NCBI GenBank assembly: GCA_053919585.1
Contig: CM132806.1
Strand: one strand, 5' to 3'
DNA from: Euprymna scolopes
Lineage: Eukaryota
DNA: 64,000 bases
Below the pieces are notes generated by a model. That model worked only from the letters and a program-made list of their open reading frames with translations, did no database searches and was not told where the DNA came from. This document shows, in pieces, positions 52,791 through 64,000 of this stretch. Both the position numbers and the translations under genes were made by a program. The first letter of the stretch is position 1, and the number at the start of each line of letters is the position of its first letter.

Positions 52791-54882
52791 TGAAACCCAA
52801 TTACTGGAGACGAAATCGAACATATTATTTCTAAGCGAAACTGGAATAGGGCCGACCACTTTCCTGGATGAATTCATAATTAACAGATACTCTAACTTAA
52901 CATCGAAATCTGACCCCCAAGATCGCCATGGGCATGGAATATGTGCCTACATAAAAGATGGCTTCCCGTGTGGCAGGAATATCTCTAGAGAAGACCCTAA
53001 TTTACCTTATATATGTGCTTCCGTGTTGCACTTGCTTTCACCACTGCATGTGTATTTGCCATTTATCGCTCCCAAAATAGCGGAGTTACTATCTTTAAGA
53101 GTATATCTGAGAAAATAGACAAATCCTGTCTGCACATCCCTCGGCTAACATTCACATTTGTGGTGACTTCTATGTCCATAACGTGGAATGGCTGACCCAC
53201 TCAAATAAGACAGATGACGAGGGGAGGTTCTGTCATGACTTGCCCATTGCCTATGACCTCACTCAGATTGTTCGCGAGCCCACCAGAGTGCCAGATATTA
53301 CCGGTCAGTTTGCAAGCCTTCTAGACCGTTTTCTCTCAACCTCCCCTGAGCTTTGTTTATGCACTGTTCTTTCTCCTCTAGGATCCCCCGACCACTCCGT
53401 TGTATCAGTTCAGATAAAAATGAAATGTAATAAGTCCCCAGACGTACCCCTCCACCATACTGTATACCGATACTTCATGGCTGACTAGGATAGCTTCCGT
53501 ACATTCATATCTTATCTACCGCAGCATTCAATATTTAACAAGGAGGTGTCCTCTATAGAATGAGACCTAACCGAATGGTTAATTGTAGGCATAGACAGAT
53601 TCCTACGATCTAAAAAATTACAACAAAAACCTAACAGTCAGCCATGGTTTTCCCCAGAATGTGCTGCTGCCATTGTGCACATAATTCACTTTTTCCATAG
53701 CTACCAACGTAATAAAGGCACTGAGAGTAAAGCTGATTTTAGGAACGCCAGCAACCACTGTAAAAGAGTAATAAAAAATCCAAGAGAGCTATATATTCAG
53801 TCTGTTAAATCCAAAGTAGCTGATCAGCGGCTTGGTTCCCACCAGTTTTGGCAAAGAACAAATAGTATCTTGAACAGAAGTGTGCGTTCTATCCCAACCA
53901 TTATCAATGGACCAGATGTCATCTCATCAGCATCAGACAAGGCCACACTATTTGCCAAGAACTTTGCAGCTAATTCTACCCTATGCGACGAAGGCCATAA
54001 ACTCCCCATATTTCCTCCTATAACAAAGAACACGCTAGGTAACATACAAATATCTGTGCCTGAGGTCGTAAAGCTAATCAAGAACCTTGATTCCAGTTAA
54101 GCAACTGGCCCTGACGGCATCCCAATTATAGTGTTAAAAAAGCTTCAACCTGAACTTGCTACCATACTTATAAAACTGTTTAAGCGTTGCCATAAGGAGA
54201 AGTGCGTTCCAACACCCTGGAAAATCTCATCAGTATGCCCTGTATTTAAGAATTACGGTGATAAGTCCTCTCCCTGCCAGTACAGACCTATAAGTCTCCT
54301 GCGTGTCCTGAGTAAGTTGCTGGAATCTATACTTAATAGAGAAATAGTCAACCACCTCAGCAGAAATAACCTCCTAGTCTATCCCGCCTTGACAGAGTAC
54401 AAAATATACTTCGTGGCTTAGTGGGGGGTGTCATTTTTTCTACCATGCAACCTCTCTCCCACAGAAAAGATGTTGCGAGCCTGTCTTTGTTTTACCGTTA
54501 TTTCCATGGCAAGTGCTCATCTGAGCTCCAATATCTTGTCCCCCTCGCCAATCTTTTACGAAAAACACCCGTCCAGCTTAAGCCACTATGACAAATGTTC
54601 CCCACTATCTATCTGTGCCTAAATCAAAACGTAGATTCCATCAACACAGCTTCTTTCTTAGAACAGCACAGGAGTTGAATTCTGTTCCGTCTGTCTGGTT
54701 CCCACCTGAATAAAACTTGGATGTCTTCAAATCACCCGTAAAACAATTTCCTACTGAACCGCCCCCTTAAGTAGACACTTTATGAAATCTCAACACTAAC
54801 GTACAACGTACTGTATTTGCAATAACCCTTATCCCTGAGTGAATCCGGGCCTTGATAAGTAGTGACCTCCTCGTAAAAAAAA
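52788..54882 (+). mobile_element. CR1-type LINE with internal deletion of the RT core, inserted in the 51-bp satellite
   Basis: AP endonuclease LFLSET, GICAYIK, GDF, PTRVPD, LGSPDH. RT N-terminus ATGPDGIP, YRPISLL, NNLL, then a jump at ~54376 to the C-terminal LDRVQN. Ends in an A-rich tail. Confidence 0.9.
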
Positions 54883-54885
54883 TAA

Positions 54886-57800
54886 ATATATCAACATAAG
54901 CATCGAATTAATAATATAACTAATGAGAAAATTTAAATATATAAACATAAACTTGGAATTGAAAATATAACTAGTTATACAATTTTAATATATCAACATA
55001 AGCTTGGAATCAATAACACAACTAATGATAAAATTTGAATATATAAACACAAACCAGGAATTAATTATATAACTAGTGATACAATTTGAATATATTAAAA
55101 AAATTGGGAATTAATAATATAACTAGCGATAAAATTAAAATATAAAAATGAATAGGGAATTAATAATCTAACAAGTGATAAAATTTGAATATATAAAAAT
55201 AAATAGGGAATTAATAATATAACTAGTGATAAAATTTTTATATATAAACATCAACTTGGAATTAATAATATAACTAGTGATAAAATGTTAATATATAAAC
55301 ATAAAATTGGAATTAATAATAAAAGTAGTGGGAAAATTTGAATATATAAACATACACTTGGAATCTAGTAATAAAATTTGAATATATTAACATAAACTTG
55401 GAATTGATAATACATCTAATGATAAAATTTGAATGTATAAACATGAACCTGGAATTAATAATATAACTAGTGATAACATTTTTATATATAAACATAAACT
55501 TGAAATTAATAGTATAACTTGTGATACTATTTGAATATATAAACATAATCGCGGAATTAATAATAAAACGAGTGATAAAATTTGAATATATAAACATACA
55601 ATCGGAATTAATAATATAATTGATAACACTTGAATACATAAACCTAAACATGGATTAATAGTATAATAGTGATAAAATATATACACATAACCCTGGAATT
55701 AATAAAAAAAATAGTGATTAACTTTTAATATATAAATATAAACGTGGAATAGGTAATATAACTAGTGATAACATTTTAATATATAAACATACACTTCAAA
55801 TAAATAACTAGTGATAAAATTTGAATATATAAATAATAAACTTGGAAATAATAATATAACTGGCGATAAAATTTTAAATTATAACCATAAACGTGGAAAT
55901 AATAATATAACTAGTGAGAAAATCTGAATAAAAAGACATAAACGTGGAATTAATAATATAACTAGTGATGAAATTGGAATATATAAACATCAACTGAGAA
56001 TAAATAATTTAACTTATGATAAAATTTAAATACATAAAATAAACTTGGGATTAATAATATAACTAGTGATAAAATTTGAAAATATATCCATAAACTGGGA
56101 ATTAGTAATACAAATAGTGAATAAATTTGAATATATAAACAAAAACTTTGAATTAATAATATTACTAGTGATAAAACATGAATGTATGAAGATTAATTTG
56201 GAATTAAAAATATAACTTGTAAGAAAATGTGCAAAAATAATCATAAACGTGGAATTAATATGATAACTAGTGATAAAATTTAATATATAAACATAAACGT
56301 GTAGTTCATAATATAACTTATGATAATATTTGAATACATAGACATGAACTTGGAATTAATAATATAACTAGTGATAAAATTGGAATATATAACCATAACG
56401 TGGAATTAAAAATATAACTAATGATGAAATTTGAATATATTAACATAAACGTGTCATTAATACTATAACTAGTGATAAATTTTTAATATATAAACATAAA
56501 CTTGCAATCAATAATGTAACTAGTGGTAAATTGTAATATATACATTAACGTGGAATACATAATATAACTAGTGATAAAATTTGAATACATAAACATAATC
56601 TTGGAAATAATATTATACCTAGCAAGAAAATCTTATTGAAGAAACATAAACGTTTAATTGATAATATAACAAGTGATTAATTTGAATATATAAACATCAA
56701 CCTGAGAATTGATAATATAATTAGTGATAGAATTTGAATACATAAACAAAAACTTGGAATTAATAATATAACTAGTGATAAAATTGTAATACATTAACAT
56801 AAACTTGGCCTTGTTTATATAACTAGTGATAAAAGTCGAATATATAAACATAAACTTGGAATTAATAATATAGCCTATGATCAAATTTGAATATATAAAC
56901 ATAAACTTGGAATTAATAATATAACTTATGATAAAATTTTAATATATAAACATACACTTTTAATTAATAATACAACTAGTGATAAAATTTTAATATATAA
57001 ATATAAACTTGGAATTAATAATATAACTACTGATATAATTTTAATATATCAAATTTATCTTGGAATTAATATTATAACTAGTGATACAAATTGGATATAA
57101 TAGCATAAACTTGGAATTAATATTTTAACTAGTAATAACGTTTTAATTTATCAACATAATCGTGGAATAAATAATAAAACTAATGATAAAATCTGAATGT
57201 ATAAACATAAACTTTGAATTAATAATATAACTAGTGATAAAATGTTAATATATTAACAGAAACGTAGAAGCAATAATATAACTATTAATAACATTAGAAT
57301 ATATAAACATAAACGTGGAATTAATAATATAACTAGTGATAAAATTGGAATATATAAACATAAACTGGGGATTAATAATATACCGAAAGAAAAAATGTGT
57401 ATATATAAACAAAAACGCGGAATGATTAATATAACTAATGATAAAATTTTAAAATATGAACACAAACTTGAAAATAATACTATGCCTACTGTGAAAATCT
57501 TTATTAAGCAACATGAACGTAGAAATAATAATATAACTAGTGATAAAATTTGAATATATAAACATAAATTTGGAATTAACATTATAACTAGTAATAAAAT
57601 TTGAATATATCAAGATAAACTTGGAATTAATAATATAACTTATGATAAAATTTGAATATATAAACATATACTGGAAAATAGTAATATAGCTAGTGAGAGC
57701 ATCTGAATGAAGAAATATAAAGGTGGAATTGTTAATATAACTTTTGATTAATATGAATATATTAAATTAAACATTGAAATAATAATATAACTAGTGATAA

Positions 57801-60800
57801 CATTTGAATAAATACACATAACCTTGGAATTAATAATATAACTAGTGATATAATTTGAATATATTAACATACATTTGGAATTAATAATATAACTAATGAT
57901 ATAATTTAATATATGAACATAAATTTGGAATTAATAATATAACTAATGATAAAATTTGAATATATGAACATGAACGTTGAATTAATAATATAACTTATGA
58001 TACAATTTGAATACATAATAATAAACGTGGAATTAATAATATATATAATGATAACATTTGAATATATAATAATGAACGTGGAATTAATAATATAACTAAT
58101 GATAAAATTTGAATATATGAACATGAACGTGGAATTAATAATATAACTTATGATACAATTTGAATACATAATAATGAACGTGGAATTAATAATATAACTA
58201 ATGATAACATTTTAATATATAATAATGAACGTGGAATAAATAATATAACTAATGATAAAATTTGAATATATAAACATGAACGTGGAATTAATAATATAAA
58301 ATATGATACAATTTGAATACATAATAATGAACCTGGAATTAATAATATAACTAATGATAAAATTTGAATATATAATAATGAACGTGGAATTAATAATATA
58401 ACTAATGATAAAATTTGAATATATGAACATGAACGTGGTATTAATAATATAACTTACGATACAATTTGAATACATAATAATGAACGCGGAATTAATAATA
58501 TAACTAATGATAAAATTTGAATATATGAACATGAACGTGGAATTAATAATATAACTTATGATACAATTTGAATACATAATAATGAACCTGGAATTAATAA
58601 TATAACTAATGATAAAATTTGAATATATAATAATGAACGTGGAATTTATAATATAACTAATGATAAAATTTGAATACATGAACATGAACATGGAATTAAT
58701 AATATAACTTATTATATAATTTGAATACATAATAATGAACCTGGAATTAATAATAAAACTAATGATAAAATTTGAATATATAATAATGAACGTGGAATTT
58801 ATATTATAACTAATGATAAAATTTGAATATATGAACATGAACGTGGAATTTATATTATAACTTATGATACAATATGAATACATAATAATGAACGTGGAAT
58901 TAATAATAAAACTAATGATAAAATTTTAATATATAATAATGAACGTGGAATTAATAATATAACTAATGATAAAATTTGAATATATGAACATGAACGTGGA
59001 ATTAATAATATAACTTATGATACAATTTGAATACATAATAATGAACGTGGAATTAATAATATAACTAATGATAAAATTTTAATATATAATAATGAACGTG
59101 GAATTAATAATATAACCAATGACAAAATTTGATTATATGAACATGAATTTGGAATTAATAATATAACCAATGATAAAATTTGAATATATAAACATGAACG
59201 TGGAATTAATAATATAACTTATGATAAAATTTGAATACATAATAACGAACGTGGAATTAATAATATAACTAATGATAACATTTTAATATATAAATATGAA
59301 CGTGGAATTAAAAATATAACTTATGATACAATTTGAATATATAATAATGAACCTGGAATTAATAATATAACTTATAATACAATTTGAATACATAATAATG
59401 AACGTGGAATTAATAATATAACTAATGATAACATTTTAATATATAAACATGAACGTGGAATTAATAATATAACTTATGATACAATTTTAATATATAAACT
59501 CAATCGCGGAATTAATAATACAACGAGTGATAAAATTTTAATATATAAACATAAACTAATAATATAAATATTGATAAAACTCGAATACATGAACATAAAC
59601 ATGGAATTAATAGTATAATAGTGATAAAATATATAAAAATAACCCTGGAATTAATAAAATAATTAGTTATACGATTAGCATATATCAAAATAAACTTCGA
59701 ATTAATGATATAACTAGTAAACAAATTGTAAATTATAAACATAAACTTGAAAATAATAGTATAACTAGTGAGAAAATCTCCATAAATAGATAAAAAAGTG
59801 GAATTAATAATATAACTAGTGATGAAATTGGATTATATAAACATAAACTGAGAATATATAATATAACTAATGATAAAATTTTAATACATAAACATAAACT
59901 TGAAATTAATAATATAACTAGTGATGCAATTTGAATATATAACCATAAACTGGGAATTAGTAATATAACTTGTGATAAAATTTGAATATATAAACATAAA
60001 CTTAGAAATAATTATATAATAAGTGAGAAAATCTGAATAAAAACATAAACGAGGAATTAATATTATAACTAGTGATCAAATTTAATATGTACACATAAAC
60101 GTGGAATTCATAATATAACTAATGATAAAATTTGAATATATAAACATGGACTTTTAATTAATAATATAACTAGTGATAAAATTATATATAAGAAAATATA
60201 ATATAATATAACATAAGAACATCTTATTAAAGAAAAATAAAGGTTGAATTGCTATTATAACTAGTGATTATTTTAAATATATAAACATAAACCTGAGAAT
60301 TGATTATATAATTAGTGATAAAATTTGAATACATGAACATAAACGTGGAATTAATAATATAACTAATGCTAAAATTTGAATATATAAACCTAAACTTGGA
60401 ATAAATAATATAACTAGTGATAACATTTGAATATATAAGCATAACCTTAGAATTAATAATATAACTAGTGATAAAATTGTAAAACATGAACATAAACTTA
60501 GAATTAATAATATAACTAGTGATAAAATTTGAATACATGAACATAAACTTGGAATTGTTAATATCACTAGTGATTAAAGTCGAATATATCAAAATGAACT
60601 TGGAATTAATAATATAACTTATGATAAAATTTGAATATATAAACATAAACTGTGAATTAATATTATAACTAATGATACAATTTTAATATATAAACATAAA
60701 CTTGGAAATAATAATATAACTAGTGATAAAATGTGAATGTATAATCATAAAGTGTGAAAATATAATATTACTTGTGAGAAAATCTGAATAAAGAAACATA

Positions 60801-61412
60801 AACGTGAAATTAATAATATAACTAGTGATAAAATGTCAATATATAAACATACACTTTTAATTAATAATATAATTAATGATAAAATTTGAATATATAAATA
60901 TAAACTTGGAATTAATAATATTACTACTGATATAATTTTAATAGATAAAATTAAACTTGGAATTTATATTATAACTAATGATAAAATTTGAATATATAAA
61001 CATAAACTTGGAATTAATATTATTACTAGTAATAATGTTGTAATTTATCAACATAATCGTATAATGAATAATATAACTACTAATAAAATCTGAATATATA
61101 AAGATAAACTTGGAATTGATAATATAACTAGTGATAAAATTTTAATATATCAACATAAACTTGGAGTAATAATATAACTATTGGTAACATTAAAATATAT
61201 ACACATAAACGTGGAATTAATATAATAATTAGTGATAAAATTGGAATATATAAACATGAACTGGGGATTAATAATATACCGAAAGATAAAATTTTTATAT
61301 ATAAACATAAACGTGGAATGATTAATATAACCAGTGATAAAATTTGAATATATTAACTTAAACTCTGAAACAATAATATAATTAGTGATAAAATTTGAAT
61401 ATATAAACAAAC
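54886..61412. repeat. 51-bp AT-rich satellite array (~125 units)
   Basis: Consensus ggaattaataatataactagtgataaaatttgaatatataaacataaactt, which gives the 17-aa periodic pseudo-ORFs in the track. Confidence 0.97.
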
Positions 61413-61701
61413 TTTATTTTTGAGTTTGAGTCCGTAAAAATCGGTGGAAATTGTTAAAATTAAATAAAATCAAATTTGCCGGATAAAGGTCGAACGCCGG
61501 CATTACGAATGCATAATGTAGTAGATATTGGTTCACGTTTTAATTGTTTGCCGCGAAGTAAACATGTTTTCATGGCCCAGTCATTGACGGGATAGGCAAA
61601 ATAAATCTTGAGCTGGACGTTTTGGTTTCGATTCTCAGTGGTGGCGCATGAGTCATTTTTATATACTGCTTAAATCATTACTATATATTGCATCCAATAT
61701 A

Positions 61702-61874
61702 TCTATCTATCTATAAAAGTGAAAATATCTGTCTGTCTTTTTTCTATGGCAGTTAAGGAAGCCTATTATACAGAAACGCATTACTTTACATAATCACACT
61801 TTTTAATATATACATATGCACATAACTTTATTAACAATGCATAGGGGCTGAGCAAAGCCGGGCGGAACTGCTAG
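61702..61874 (+). mobile_element. Short non-autonomous Helitron, followed directly by a second Helitron 5' end at 61879
   Basis: 5' TCTATCTATCTATAAAAG; 3' GAGCAAAGCCGGGCGGAACTGCTAG|T; the next element starts TCTATAAAATTG. Confidence 0.6.
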
Positions 61875-64000
61875 TATATCTATAAAATTGAACATGTCTG
61901 TGTGGCTGTGTGTATGTCTGTGTACATTTCCCCACGCAATAACTGTGCCAATTTTAAGTCTACAGACTCGAAATTTGATATACAGATTTGATTAAGACTG
62001 TTGATTTTCTTCTGTTCAATTTACTACACAAACCCATTCACATGATGGTGATTATGCATCCACATATTTGTTAACATCTTTGTGATCGTTTTTGGGCCAG
62101 AAATTTGGCTTTAAGGGGTCAAACTTCAAGGATTTGACCTTTGAGGACTCTACCAAACTCTTCCGCTAATTTTTGGTCTAAACACTTGAAACTTCAGATA
62201 TAGATTCCTTGGGCATCGACCTAACTTAATAACTTGATTTGAGCCCAAACCAAGAAATATTAAGGGATCATAATAGAGGTCAAATAAAAAAAGATCTCTG
62301 CGGTCTCTACCAAATTACTCAGACAATTTCTGGTCTAAACATTTTAAATTTTACATAAACGGTATTCAGAGATAGGGCAGCTTTTTAATCGGTTTAGGTT
62401 ATATATTTTTAGTTACCAATATTAAAATGTATGTATGTATGTGTGTGTATGTATGTATGTATGTATGCTTTTATGTCTTCCTAAAACTTTCGACAGAGGC
62501 GAGATTCTTACAATATCAGTATCGTTTTGAAGTTCCACTTTTCAGACGACACATATCGAAAAATTGATTAAAACATTATTATCTTCATTTTAAACTGAGC
62601 ACTTTTCTACAGGGATCTTTTTTTCGCCGATATTTTCGAAAATCATCCTCTCCTTTCGATTGTCTAACCTTAATTAAAACCCACGTCACTTTCGTTTTGG
62701 CTATGGTCGTAAAAGCAAATACGTCAGGTTTATTCCCCGTTCTTTTCGTCCTTCGCGGTACGGGTTCGAGTCTGCCTTCCTGCTACAAATTTTTTGTTGC
62801 TCAACACACACATTCAAACTTCTTTCGTTAATCAAATTCCCAAGTCAACGACGAAACATGCGCCAGCTAGTTACAATAATGTGCTCTACTGTTAATACGC
62901 GTAGATATTTACTTAACAAATGGCNNNNNNNNNNNNNNNNNNNNNNNNNNNNNNNNNNNNNNNNNNNNNNNNNNNNNNNNNNNNNNNNNNNNNNNNNNNN
63001 NNNNNNNNNNNNNNNNNNNNNNNNNNNNNNNNNNNNNNNNNNNNNNNNNNNNNNNAAACATGTTATAAAGGATTCAGAACATAAGTACATTTTTTAATTA
63101 CGATTATATGTAGTGTGTATTCTTTGTTTATACTTGCCGCTAAGCTGTTAACGTAAAACGCATATGAAGTTTGAAACAAATATGAGATAATTCACAATCC
63201 TCTCAATATTGTATTAATTTGCGTATGTTTAAAATTTCTATAATATTTTATTAAATATAGTTGATTATTAATGTTAAGTAAATAACGGATGTAATCCCAT
63301 TATAAGAGAGATAAATAAAAATGAGCAGTTGCATCTTTAGCTGCAGATTTTTACATATGATATAAATGATTCTTAATTTATAAAAATAGAAAACAAATAT
63401 AAACCAACCGGGCAATCTGAGGACGACTATACGGAATATTGAAATCCGGAAAGCATCTCGTCATGACAGCATATACGTGTATTAGTTTTAGAGATTTGAT
63501 GGAATACACACTAGATCCGTCTTACTATTTAATTGGTACACATTTCAAAAGAATGCAGTAGCAGATGATTATATAGAGAATAACATTCATTTAAAAAGCT
63601 ATCAAAACGTATATGATATTTTATTGCCCCAGTCCTATGACTTATTATTAGATATGTAGTAAGTATGGAGTGAGAAAGTAACAGTGGATAGCTACTGTTC
63701 AGTTTATTTCTTTAAGAGGAACAACAAACGATACCGAAAAACGACATAAAGTAATTATAGGCTATTATGTGTTAAGGTTTAATTTATAACATATATAGCA
63801 TATGTGAACTAAACTAATTTTAAAAGACACACATATATACGTCAATGTTTCATTGTGTAGCTTTATATTTCGGGTGTAGTTTATTATGTATTCTGTTGTC
63901 ATGAAATCATCCCAGGCATCACTTCTAATTTGGGAATGTAAAATAATTTTTTTTTGTCATAATAACATCTCTTCAGTAACATAATAATAATAATAATAAT

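Noticed and set aside
55313-61410. Ile/Phe/Tyr-rich ORFs with 17-aa periodicity (up to 223 aa)
   Set aside because: By-product of a 51-bp satellite unit that is a multiple of three; frequent stops and indels, no coding signature.

Overview
AT-rich metazoan (invertebrate-like) repeat-dense scaffold segment with six N-gaps and many (TA)n/(CA)n/(TAA)n microsatellites. I find no convincing host protein-coding exon, and most short ORFs in the track are repeat noise. The main element is a full-length but pseudogenised BEL/Pao LTR retrotransposon on the minus strand (19577-26124; LTRs about 96% identical by hand count). Its integrase tail continues in frame, across one premature stop, into a TAF3-like PHD finger and an AT-hook. 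It has no canonical tRNA primer-binding site; the sequence at that position is complementary to a segment of its own 5' LTR. Also present: a 5'-truncated R4/Dong-type LINE sitting in a (TAA)n microsatellite, several CR1-type LINE copies, an L1/Tx1-like 5' fragment, an R1/LOA-like RT fragment, a Ty3/Gypsy remnant plus a related solo LTR with a perfect 5-bp TSD, Tc1 and mariner remnants, non-autonomous Helitrons, two 5S-rRNA-headed SINE3-like copies, a long foldback inverted repeat, and a ~6.7 kb 51-bp satellite with higher-order structure. All calls come from reading motifs by eye; no database search was run.
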